From an uncultured candidate division Zixibacteria bacterium (GTDB lineage: Bacteria > Zixibacteria > MSB-5A5 > UBA10806): DNA of 64,000 nucleotides. The notes under the pieces are model-generated. The model saw nothing but the letters and a program-made list of their open reading frames with translations. It was not told the origin of the DNA and did not search any database. This document shows, piece after piece, positions 1 through 8,467 of the stretch. The DNA lies in assembly GCA_963801605.1 (NCBI GenBank), contig CAWDFP010000006.1, positions 1,664,879-1,728,878 of the forward strand, read 5' to 3'. The position numbers and the translations under genes are program-made. Positions within the stretch are counted from its first letter, which is position 1; each line of letters starts with the position of its first letter.

Positions 1-909
1 TCAGCATATTTTCTATGGCGCTATAGCTACTATGGCGATTTTCTTCCCAACACCTATTATGCCAAGGTCTCGGGGTCGCTGTCTGAGCGCGTTATTTTTG
101 CAATTAGAGCTTTGGGACGAGTCAATCTTAGAAACGGTCTTATTTTCTGGATATTCCTGCCGGCAGTTCTCATGATAAGATGGCTGGTGCGAGTGGTGCA
201 GGGCAAAGAACGTTTTATTACAAATCTCAATTCCGAATTCGTTTTAATATCAGGCATGCTGGTATATTGGATTTATGTCGGCGGAGATATTTACGATGAT
301 AGATTTCTCATTATTTTAGTCCCGCTTGGAATTTCGTTATTTCTGAAGTTTATCTGGCCATATTTAAATTACAAACGAATAACGCCCGCTGTTTTATCAT
401 TATTGATTCTGATTCAACTTACTCCGCTAAAGGCTGATCAACGGTTTCGATACTCATATCCCAAATATGACTGCCTGGTTACTCTGGGAAGATATTTTAA
501 GGAGAATTACCCTGATAAAACGCTGGCTACAATGGCAGCCGGTAAGGTTCCGTTTTATTCGGGAATGAAGACAATCGACATGCTGGGTTTAACCGATCGG
601 CATATAGCCCATACAAAGGCAGCCGGCGCATTTCTCCCGGGGCATAATAAATATGATCACAATTATATTTTATCGAGGAAACCGGATTTAATATTTTGCG
701 CCATCGATACCAATTTCGCGCTCTACGGCGGATTCAGCGCCCAGTTATACAACCGGGCCGGATATCAACTCAAATTTCTTCTGAATATGAATAAGAAATC
801 GCAGAAGAACAATATCCTGGATATTAAGGGATTCAGCCCGGATACCCTGCGAGGTCTAATATATGATGGGTATGAATTTGCAGTGCTCGAAAAAGTAAAT
901 GGCAGCTGA
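1..909 (+). CDS. membrane protein, 3' portion (5' end outside the window); possibly GT-C-like glycosyltransferase
   Basis: Frame 1 is open from base 1 (SAYFLWRYSYYGDFLPNTYYAKVSG...) and runs into listed ORF 112..909, whose first codon is an internal TTG. Several hydrophobic helices precede a soluble tail. The functional guess is weak. Confidence 0.6.
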   Translation, partial: SAYFLWRYSYYGDFLPNTYYAKVSGSLSERVIFAIRALGRVNLRNGLIFWIFLPAVLMIRWLVRVVQGKERFITNLNSEFVLISGMLVYWIYVGGDIYDDRFLIILVPLGISLFLKFIWPYLNYKRITPAVLSLLILIQLTPLKADQRFRYSYPKYDCLVTLGRYFKENYPDKTLATMAAGKVPFYSGMKTIDMLGLTDRHIAHTKAAGAFLPGHNKYDHNYILSRKPDLIFCAIDTNFALYGGFSAQLYNRAGYQLKFLLNMNKKSQKNNILDIKGFSPDTLRGLIYDGYEFAVLEKVNGS

Positions 910-949
910 GTCTCTTAGCTTTGATACTGCAAAAGCGGGCCTTTTTCTC

Positions 950-978
950 TTGACTCTTTTGGGCTTAGAATCTATTTT
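950..978 (+). promoter_or_regulatory. sigma-70-type promoter candidate for the tRNA pair
   Basis: TTGACT (950-955), 17-nt spacer, TATTTT (973-978), about 10 nt before the tRNA-Cys 5' end. Confidence 0.4.
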
Positions 979-988
979 CGGAATGCAT

Positions 989-1063
<75 letters not shown>

Positions 1064-1067
1064 ATTT

Positions 1068-1153
1068 GCCGGAATGGCGGAACAGGTAGACGCACGGGAC
1101 TTAAAATCCCGCGGGCTTTGCGGTCCGTGCCGGTTCAATTCCGGCTTCCGGCA
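1068..1153 (+). tRNA. tRNA-Leu (anticodon TAA)
   Basis: Acceptor GCCGGAA/TTCCGGC, anticodon stem CGGGA/TCCCG with loop CTTAAAA, long variable arm typical of Leu, T-arm GCCGG-TTCAATT-CCGGC. Confidence 0.9.
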
Positions 1154-1186
1154 GAAAATTTGCCCTCAGTATAGTTATCCATCGAT

Positions 1187-1624
1187 ATGACTGACAAAAG
1201 GGATTCCCAGCGGACCATAAAAATTAAACAGCCTCATAAACATGTCTATGCCCGCTTGGGGCCATCCGGAATCGACGGTGTTGGAGTGTTTGCTATTGGC
1301 GCTATTCCCAAAGGAACTAACATTTTCCCGGATGTAAATGACAGGATTATCTGGATCGACAAGGCTAAAATCAAGCGCCTCAAAGGTGAGATTCGTCGGC
1401 TCTATGAGGATTACTGCGTTAAAACAGGCAACAAATATGGCGCGCCGGTCAGCTTTAATAAAATAAACGCCTCCTGGTATCTGAATCACTCCTCTAAACC
1501 CAATGCGGTTGTTGATCGGGATTATCATGTCCTTGCCAAGCGCAATATCAAAAAGGGAGAGGAAATTACGCTCGATTATACGACCTATATGGATGGGAAA
1601 ATTCCAAAGAGCTGGAAATCCTGA
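1187..1624 (+). CDS. SET domain-containing protein (putative protein-lysine methyltransferase)
   Basis: 145-aa ORF with the SET signatures WYLNHSSKPN and KGEEITLDYT. Confidence 0.8.
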   Translation: MTDKRDSQRTIKIKQPHKHVYARLGPSGIDGVGVFAIGAIPKGTNIFPDVNDRIIWIDKAKIKRLKGEIRRLYEDYCVKTGNKYGAPVSFNKINASWYLNHSSKPNAVVDRDYHVLAKRNIKKGEEITLDYTTYMDGKIPKSWKS

Positions 1625-1732
1625 ACCCTGGTGCCGCGTCCGTTATTAAAATAAATCAAAAAAAATGAAAATAATGGGCTCATTTTGAACGTAGATATTG
1701 TTATAAATGTAAAAGACGGCAACTTTCGATAG

Positions 1733-2767
1733 ATGGAGATTCAAATGCGAAATAGAACTGAATGGCCCAAGCTTCTTTTCCTGTTTTTCGGTATTTTAAC
1801 AATTATTTTAATCTTAAATTGTACTAATAATGCGCCCACCAAATTGATTCCCGCCAATCCCGAATGGATTCGATATCAAACATCCAACTCCGGTATTTCG
1901 AGCGATAACGTTTTTGCGATAGCCATCGATAGTCGCGATATAAAATGGGTGGCAACGGATTACGGCTTATCGAAATTCGACGGTAGCACCTGGACACGCT
2001 ACAATACCTCGAATTCGGGTTTGCTTGCTAATAAATTGACTTCCATAGTGGTCGATCCGACCGGTGTGGTTTGGATGGGAACCAAGGGCGCCGGACTGGC
2101 CAAATTTGACGGTACCAACTGGACTCATTTCAGAACGTCAAATTCGCATATCCAAAGCGATACGGTTACCTCGGTTGTTATCGACGGCAACAATGTTAAG
2201 TGGATCGGCACTGTCAATGGCCTTTCGAGCATGGCCGATTCCGCGATAACGACCTATATCTCGAACGCTCAAACTTATTATCCAATCGTCACATCGTTGG
2301 CAGCCTCTCTAAGTAACGTAATCTGGATCGGCACGGCCGCGGGGGTCAGCCAATTCGATGGCGCCAACTGGACAATGTATCGCACCGATAATACCGCTAT
2401 GCGAAGCGACAGCATTCTGGCGATTATCACCGATTTTAGCGGTAATGTATGGGCAGGCAGTGACTCAGGCGGATTGAACATGTTTGACGGTTCTACCTGG
2501 AGTTTTTTCGATATTTCAAATTCCGGAATTTCCGGCAATCATGTGCAGGCGGTAACTATCGATGCTCTTCGCAATATCTGGGCAGGCACTACAGGTGTGC
2601 TTGGCGGTATTAGCAGTTACAATGGCAACACCTGGACCCGATATAACACCTCGAATTCCGGTATACCTGTAGATGATGCCAGAGCAATTAAGGTTGATGC
2701 CCGCGGGAACAAGTGGATTGGCACCTCCGATGGTCTCGCGGTCTTCAATAAGGGCGGCGTGAGGTAA
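1733..2767 (+). CDS. secreted/anchored beta-propeller repeat protein (two-component-regulator propeller type)
   Basis: N-terminal hydrophobic segment, then about seven repeats of the pattern W(I/V/M)GTxxGLxxFDGxxWxxY(R)TSNSG. Confidence 0.75.
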   Translation: MEIQMRNRTEWPKLLFLFFGILTIILILNCTNNAPTKLIPANPEWIRYQTSNSGISSDNVFAIAIDSRDIKWVATDYGLSKFDGSTWTRYNTSNSGLLANKLTSIVVDPTGVVWMGTKGAGLAKFDGTNWTHFRTSNSHIQSDTVTSVVIDGNNVKWIGTVNGLSSMADSAITTYISNAQTYYPIVTSLAASLSNVIWIGTAAGVSQFDGANWTMYRTDNTAMRSDSILAIITDFSGNVWAGSDSGGLNMFDGSTWSFFDISNSGISGNHVQAVTIDALRNIWAGTTGVLGGISSYNGNTWTRYNTSNSGIPVDDARAIKVDARGNKWIGTSDGLAVFNKGGVR

Positions 2768-2788
2768 CAGAGGTTTATTGATTTTATA

Positions 2789-2820
2789 GCCGGGGATCTT
2801 CGCGATCCCCGGTTTTTTTA
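2789..2820. terminator. bidirectional rho-independent terminator between convergent genes
   Basis: Stem CCGGGGATC / GATCCCCGG with loop TTCGC, followed by a T7 run; sits between the stops of 1733..2767 (+) and 2818..3195 (-). Confidence 0.7.
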
Positions 2821-3195
2821 TTTCGATCCCTTTTGCGACCAAATTCCGATAGTAACGCCGCCGGGAGCGGATAACACAATAAAATACCCCATTCCATTAG
2901 GAATTTCCATTTCAGGCACGAGCACAGTGGCCCCCAGCGATTTCGCTTTTTCGAGCGCCGCTGCCAGGTTCTCGACATCGACAAAGATATTTATGTGCGG
3001 TACCTTATCGCGATGCTCGCTCGATACGTTGGCGATTCCGCCGCCCCCCATCTTCTCGCCGGCGTAATTCCATATATAGTATTCCATATTACCGGCGTCC
3101 ATACGATCAACTTTCCATCCGAACATCTTGCCAACGAAGTCAGCGGTTGCGCTGGCGTTATTACTGATGAGCTCAGTGTGAACAATTTTCGGCAT
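2818..3195 (-). CDS. VOC (glyoxalase/bleomycin-resistance fold) family protein, paralog 1
   Basis: 125-aa ORF MPKIVHTELISNNASATADFVGKMFGWKV...GGGI...VDVENLAAALEKAKSLGATVLVPEMEIPNGMGYF, a VOC-like pattern; close paralog of 3385..3798. Confidence 0.75.
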   Translation of the reverse strand: MPKIVHTELISNNASATADFVGKMFGWKVDRMDAGNMEYYIWNYAGEKMGGGGIANVSSEHRDKVPHINIFVDVENLAAALEKAKSLGATVLVPEMEIPNGMGYFIVLSAPGGVTIGIWSQKGSK

Positions 3196-3332
3196 CGATT
3201 CCTCCCGTTAATATTTTGGATTTTTGTTTATAAACATCAAAACCGGTTGGTCGGTTCAAAATATTGCGATCGATATTCAAAATAGCTTAATCCAATTTCC
3301 TGATAAGCACTTGTTTTGGGTGAAATTAGCCA

Positions 3333-3366
3333 ATAAAAAAACCGTCAGATGAAAGCATCTGACGGT
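3333..3366 (-). terminator. rho-independent terminator of the upstream VOC paralog
   Basis: Hairpin ACCGTCAGATG-AAA-GCATCTGACGGT (3341-3366), followed on the minus strand by a T8 run (A8 at 3333-3340 on plus). Confidence 0.65.
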
Positions 3367-3384
3367 TTATAAATGGCCTTAGTA

Positions 3385-3798
3385 TTACTTTCTTTGCGAC
3401 ATCGATGGCTCGGCTTTGGCTTTCATTGATGGTTGCTTGGACCATAACCCCAAGTTGCAGCCGCCGGGTATTTGGATAATGGCGAAATATCCCATTCCAC
3501 CGCTAATCTCTGTTTCGGGGATTATTTGCGTGGCGCCAAGGGATTTAGCCTTGTCAATCGAGGCCGCTATATTTTCGACATCAACATAAATATCGACGTG
3601 CGGTCCCAGCTTTGATCCCATTCCCCCGGTTTTTCCGATACCACCGCCGCCTTCTTTCTCGCCGGGGTAGCTCCACATATAGTATTCATTTTTGGGATCA
3701 TTCCACTTTTCAACTTTCCAATTGAACAACTTGCCGACGAAATCGGCGGTTGCCTTTGGATTGTCGGTTATAAGCTCGGTGTGAATTATCTTAGCCAT
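3385..3798 (-). CDS. VOC family protein, paralog 2
   Basis: 137-aa ORF colinear with 2818..3195 (MAKIIHTELITDNPKATADFVGKLFNWKV...VDVENIAASIDKAKSLGATQIIPETEISGGMGYF). Confidence 0.75.
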   Translation of the reverse strand: MAKIIHTELITDNPKATADFVGKLFNWKVEKWNDPKNEYYMWSYPGEKEGGGGIGKTGGMGSKLGPHVDIYVDVENIAASIDKAKSLGATQIIPETEISGGMGYFAIIQIPGGCNLGLWSKQPSMKAKAEPSMSQRK

Positions 3799-4029
3799 TG
3801 AACCCTCCTTTTTAATTTGGTTTTGTTCTTATAACTTCAAAACTAGTTGAGAGGTTCAATAATTTTTGGTATGCAGATTAAAATTAATACGATCCCGGCG
3901 TATTTTTCAGACAATATGTTATAATAGCTCCTGTTTATTCCAGAACGAGACGAAGCAATATAAATTCTTTCCCAATATTAATTTCTTTTATATGGATTAA
4001 ATGGTTACGGCAGGCCGTATATCTTTGAT

Positions 4030-4419
4030 TCAACCTTCGTTCTCTTTGATTCTGGCTTTCACGATCTTCCTGACAAGGGTCGCGGGAAGCGGTTTTTCGA
4101 CCGTAAAATGAATCGTGCCCGCTGACACCTTAAAGCCCTGCAGCTCTTTGGCGAACGTCTTTATAATCGATTTACTTCCAGGAAAGAGACTGCAATGATC
4201 CTTGAACGCCGCGAAATAAAGCAGAGTCCCGAGATATTTGTAGGCCGGCATCCGATAGCTGATTACCTCCTCAGCCCTGGGCGCGGCAGCTTTGATCGTC
4301 TGGCGCAGCTTTTCGAGAACAGCCCGCGCGTCCGGCGGTACCGATGCCAGGTAGGTATCAACGTCTTTGGGAGGAAGGCCCTTTTTCATATCGAGTTTTG
4401 AATTGGTTTTCTTCATCAC
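4030..4419 (-). CDS. DUF1801 (YdhG-like) domain protein
   Basis: Pattern DVDTYLASVPPDARAVLEKLRQTIKAAAPRAEEVISYRMPAYKY...YFAAFKDHCSLFPG matches my memory of DUF1801 proteins. Confidence 0.7.
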   Translation of the reverse strand: MMKKTNSKLDMKKGLPPKDVDTYLASVPPDARAVLEKLRQTIKAAAPRAEEVISYRMPAYKYLGTLLYFAAFKDHCSLFPGSKSIIKTFAKELQGFKVSAGTIHFTVEKPLPATLVRKIVKARIKENEG

Positions 4420-4452
4420 CGACCCTTTAGAGAATTATCAAGGCTGCCCTAT

Positions 4453-4707
4453 CTAAAAAAGGGTGATTCCCAGCCAGATCATGACCAGTACTCCGACAAT
4501 CAGGAGCATGATCGACCAGATACGACCGCCGGCTTTTTTGTTAAGCGTCATACCGATAGTCAGCGTATTGGAAATGATATTGAGCATGAGCGCCATCCAG
4601 GCAATGGACGCTTTGCTTTGAAGGTATTTCGGAAAATGTTTTAGATAATTGGCGAGGTTTTCCGCGTAGGGGAGACCTCCCTTAAACGATTGCATCCAGG
4701 TGATCAT
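4453..4707 (-). CDS. small integral membrane protein (possibly 4453..4780 with an indel)
   Basis: ORF with hydrophobic helices. An upstream ATG at 4780 (MSKKSRRFGWM...) would join this frame if one base near 4747 were removed. Confidence 0.45.
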   Translation of the reverse strand: MITWMQSFKGGLPYAENLANYLKHFPKYLQSKASIAWMALMLNIISNTLTIGMTLNKKAGGRIWSIMLLIVGVLVMIWLGITLF

Positions 4708-4910
4708 CGCATAGACTGGAAAGGCGAGAAGTATCGCCGCCAGAAATCATCCATCCGAATCGTCTGCTTTTTTTGCTCATAATATTGCCAATCGTCGGAT
4801 GACAAATATGGTATGCCTCATAAATGATGTCAAGTCAATTGACGGCTTGCCCCGCGAAACAGCAGCAGGACAAAACCCCTGCGGCCTTGACAACGGTTGG
4901 CCGTTTTAGC

Positions 4911-4939
4911 TTGACAGAAATATCCATATAGCTTATATA
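4911..4939 (+). promoter_or_regulatory. sigma-70-type promoter candidate
   Basis: TTGACA (4911-4916), 17-nt spacer, TATATA (4934-4939), upstream of the lipoprotein gene at 5049. A near copy of the whole element lies at 5853-5895. Confidence 0.4.
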
Positions 4940-5048
4940 GGAGCGCATTGCTTTTTGTCAGCGATGTCGAATTTTGGCCCGCGTGGGGCCTGTGTTTTTA
5001 AGGATACCGGAATTGGGAAGTACTTTCCAGAAGATCAAGGATAACATA

Positions 5049-5807
5049 ATGAAATCCGTAATTGCTATATGCCTGTTGCTGATTGTCATGGCGGGCTGCT
5101 CCGATAAAAAAACAGTCGCCCCGGATATCAACACCTTTAATCTGTCGGGACGGGTGATCAATCAATATGGCAACGCCGCCCCCGGCCTTCGAGTAGTGGT
5201 CAGCGGTTCGAACAATTACTCGGCGTCAACAACTACCGATACATCCGGTACCTTTACTGTGAAGGCGCCTGAGGGTGCTTCCGCTGTTACTTTCAGCTCC
5301 GCTCAAACGATTGTCTTTAGCCTGCCTCGTTTCATCACCAGGGACACGGTTATAAATGTGACCGCAGATACCTCCCTGAATCTGACCGTCAGGGAGTTTA
5401 CCACCATATTTCACGACTCGGCCAACAGGCCGTCCGCCTGGAATATGTATGGCGGAGTCAGTTACGACAGCACCAAATATGTTTTTCAGGACCTCGACAT
5501 GGTTAACGATCACATGATGCAAAACCAGATTTGTTCGATGCCGGATTCTTTCCAGTATGCCGGGTTCATTTTATATGGGCAGGCGGCCCCGTCTAATTCG
5601 TCGGAGATCATCGTCAATGCCTGGATTAACGGCCATGTTTTCAACGGCCATTGGAGCGCCGCCTTTACGGTCACGCCGTCATATTATCACGGCGCATTGG
5701 AGACGCTTCCCGCCTTGCCGGGCGGCGGCCTGCAGCTTGATCTGATCTATAATAAAATCAGCGCTACCTATATTTATATCCGAGACATCTGGATTTATTG
5801 CTATTAG
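5049..5807 (+). CDS. lipoprotein with carboxypeptidase-regulatory-like beta-sandwich region
   Basis: Internal ATG at 5049 gives MKSVIAICLLLIVMAGCSDKK (lipobox); the listed ORF start at 4974 lacks a signal peptide. LSGRVINQYGNAAPGLRVVVSG resembles CarboxypepD_reg-like domains. Confidence 0.65.
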   Translation: MKSVIAICLLLIVMAGCSDKKTVAPDINTFNLSGRVINQYGNAAPGLRVVVSGSNNYSASTTTDTSGTFTVKAPEGASAVTFSSAQTIVFSLPRFITRDTVINVTADTSLNLTVREFTTIFHDSANRPSAWNMYGGVSYDSTKYVFQDLDMVNDHMMQNQICSMPDSFQYAGFILYGQAAPSNSSEIIVNAWINGHVFNGHWSAAFTVTPSYYHGALETLPALPGGGLQLDLIYNKISATYIYIRDIWIYCY

Positions 5808-5854
5808 TATTGCCATGGGTGGCATGCGCGTGGATATTTACGGCGTTTTTTGGC

Positions 5855-5883
5855 TTGACAGGGAAATCCATGTACTCTATTAT
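5855..5883 (+). promoter_or_regulatory. sigma-70-type promoter candidate (duplicate of the 4911 element)
   Basis: TTGACA (5855-5860), 17-nt spacer, TATTAT (5878-5883), about 70 nt before the ATG at 5955. Confidence 0.35.
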
Positions 5884-5954
5884 ATAGGCGCATTCTTTGA
5901 TTTTGCAGCTTTGAGTAATTTAGGATAGAGGGTAGGGATTTTTTTATTTTAATT

Positions 5955-6357
5955 ATGGATAATAAACTAAAACACCTCGAATTTATTCAAGGCGCAATCA
6001 ATAGGATGGCGGGGGATCTGTTTTTTCTAAGAGGATGGGCTATTACATTAATTAGCGCACTTCTGGCACTCTGATATTAAAAGCAATAATCCATCATACC
6101 TAGCCGTTATTTATTTTCTTATTGCCATATTTTGGGTATTAGATGGTTATTTTCTTTCACAGGAAAGGTTATTTAGAGCTTTATATGACAGAGTTAGGAC
6201 TATAGAAGATGATTCGATAGATTATTCAATGAATACCAAAGAATTTAAAAGCATTAATAAAAACAAATGGATATTTTCAATGCTTTCGCCTACTTTCCTA
6301 TATTTTTATTTAGCGTTGCTTATTTCTACATCCTTAATTTCATATTTTACAAAATAG
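5955..6357 (+). pseudogene. small membrane protein gene interrupted by one frame break
   Basis: ATG at 5955 reads MDNKLKHLEFIQGAINRMAGDLFFLRGWAITLISALLAL then TGA at 6072. The +1 frame is open from 6052 to TAG 6355-6357 (...YLAVIYFLIAIFWVLDGYFLSQERLFRALYDRVRTIEDDSIDYSMNTKEF...). It is missing from the ORF track because it is split. Confidence 0.55.
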
Positions 6358-6367
6358 GGATTTTACT

Positions 6368-7048
6368 TTGGGAAGAAAAATATTTATAAGTTACAAACAT
6401 GAGGATTCGAGCGTAATGCCTTTATCGTTTCTTAATAGGAAATGTACCGCGCGGGATTATGTCGATTACCTGGAAGTTTTATTAGAAGAAGAACATATAT
6501 ATAAGGGAGAGAAGAATAATGAAGATTTGGGAAATTTTAAAGATGAGACAATTGCCTCTCATTTGCGTGATAATATTTATGACAGTAGCGTAACAATTGT
6601 ATTGATATCTAAGGGTATGAGGGAGGCCGGTGTATCTGAGGATGACCAATGGATACCGTGGGAAATATTGATATTCTCTGAAGGAGATAACAAGGGAAGG
6701 GAAGACAAGCGCTACTAATGCAATGTTCGCGGTGATTCTACCAGACGAGAATAGTAGTTATCAATACTTTCTTGAGAATAGTGCCTGCAATAATTGCCAT
6801 AGCATACATTTTAAAACAGATATATTGTTTAAAATTCTCGGATTAAATATGTTTAATAGAAATGAAAAAAGCAAATAAAATGCGATAATCCTTTCTGTGG
6901 CAAATCAAACCATACTGGAAATGATCATTCATATATTTATCCAGTAAGATGGGACCATTTTATGGAAAGTATAAATTATTATATAGGATTGGCTATTACT
7001 ATTAATGATAATATTGATGATTATGATATTACAAAAGAAGTATGCTAA
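6368..7048 (+). pseudogene. TIR-like (DUF1863 / ThsB-like) protein gene with two frame breaks
   Basis: Frame 1: [14 protein letters not shown]...DDQWIPWEI. Frame 2 from about 6672: [66 protein letters not shown]. Frame 3 after the A6 run at 6865-6870: KCDNPFCGKSNHTGNDHSYIYPVRWDHFMESINYYIGLAITINDNIDDYDITKEVC. Joined, this matches the TIR-like family pattern as I remember it. Confidence 0.6.
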
Positions 7049-7136
7049 GAAAATTATTAGATCTGGTTCTCCGAAATCTATTAATAAGGCGATCCCATAA
7101 TTATCAAGGATTAGGTGACCATCTAGGGAGATTAAA

Positions 7137-7583
7137 ATGAAAATAAAGGCCATAATATTCTTTGGAATTATTATCTGCTGTTTTAATTGCAGTGATCATA
7201 AGTCATTAAAGCTTACGAATAAAAAGCATGATGAATATTTAGGTAGATTTGCTACATTAATTGCTAGTATTCAATATACTAATGATATTGTAGCTTCACA
7301 GGTAGATACCGTAGGTGATGAGGATTTCCGCCAATATTTATTAGAACCGCTATTCGGGCGTTTAGATTCCGTAAGAATATCCTTATATGGGTATCACAAA
7401 GGTCGTAATGCCCATGAATTGGTGGATACTCTATTATATACTCCAACAGTTATGATTCTTCCAGCAAATTATTCAGATGCTGATTTTTATTTAGCTTATT
7501 CGGTAAATAGCATGAAATTAAAATATTTAGAATTCCAAATTAACTTTAAGGCTCAAAATGGGGGATATGAAAAAGTATTATAA
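7137..7583 (+). CDS. hypothetical lipoprotein (probably continues to 7759 across an A-run indel)
   Basis: MKIKAIIFFGIIICCFNCSD signal/lipobox. A second frame is open from 7571 to TAG 7757-7759 and would be joined by adding one A to the A5 run at 7570-7574. Confidence 0.5.
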   Translation: MKIKAIIFFGIIICCFNCSDHKSLKLTNKKHDEYLGRFATLIASIQYTNDIVASQVDTVGDEDFRQYLLEPLFGRLDSVRISLYGYHKGRNAHELVDTLLYTPTVMILPANYSDADFYLAYSVNSMKLKYLEFQINFKAQNGGYEKVL

Positions 7584-7980
7584 CTGGTCCAATTGAGGCT
7601 ACCACTTGCGGCATTCAAGGAAATTATAAATTTTTTAGCAATTCAGGAAATAAAATGCCTCTTGGGGTTAGAGTAATGGATGTTATGACAATTTATTCAA
7701 TATATGGAAGCTATCGTGTAGATACAACATATGCATTTGTTGACCTTGTTAGGAAATAGCATTAATCTGCGGTAGTCTAAAACAATATGCCTCAAGGCGT
7801 CGTTCTATAGATAGTTTATATATTCAGTTAGCCGTTAGTGATCGGGTATGAAAACCCTACCGCACGGGTATTTTGAGCTCCCCAAAAGCCAAGTGCCGCC
7901 ATTCCCTTGAACCTGACGGCACGATTATTATAAAGATTTAGTGCGAATTCGCATACGGCGCCCACCTGTCGCCCAGCGCG

Positions 7981-8388
7981 CTAACCTCTTTGCGGCAGGC
8001 CGTTAGCTTCATCATCCAAATTGTATTCGTTTATTTTAGTGGGTTCCTCATCTACTAATCCCGCTTGTTGTCTGGCCTCTTCTATTATTGCGGCTACCTT
8101 GATGTTGGCTTCCCGTGCCCGCTGCCTTTCCCGCTGACGGTAACGAGCATAAAGCCACACGCAGACGGCAATGGCCGCTAAAGGTAATAAGATCAGATCA
8201 ATATTGAAACTTCGCAAAACACTACCGAAGAAAAACCAGCGCACGATAAACATCAGAAGAAATACGACAAATATCATCGCCACGCTTAAGGGGTGCAACT
8301 TGGTATCGGTTTTAAAAGTGGTCATTGCTATCGTCTCCGGAAAGGAACCGGTGGGTAGGGACAACAATACCGTTTTAAATTCAGTCAT
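7981..8388 (-). CDS. hypothetical membrane protein
   Basis: 135-aa ORF with two hydrophobic helices and a charged C-terminal tail (RYRQRERQRAREANIK...). Confidence 0.5.
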   Translation of the reverse strand: MTEFKTVLLSLPTGSFPETIAMTTFKTDTKLHPLSVAMIFVVFLLMFIVRWFFFGSVLRSFNIDLILLPLAAIAVCVWLYARYRQRERQRAREANIKVAAIIEEARQQAGLVDEEPTKINEYNLDDEANGLPQRG

Positions 8389-8398
8389 CGCAGTTTAG

Positions 8399-8432
8399 GC
8401 CTCAGGATGTCGGAAGCCTTCCATCCTGAGGC
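8399..8432. repeat. REP-like palindromic hairpin, copy 1
   Basis: GCCTCAGGATG-TCGGAAGCCTTC-CATCCTGAGGC. Near-identical copy at 9267-9300; looser copy at 26335-26379. Confidence 0.7.
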
Positions 8433-8467
8433 ATAAAAATAATATGCGTTAGCCAATTAGAAATGCG

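Noticed and set aside
5930-7800. Calling the AT-rich island a Thoeris defence system
   Set aside because: Only a ThsB-like TIR gene is recognisable, and it is frame-broken. No SIR2, Macro or other ThsA-type effector gene is present, so the label would be unsupported.
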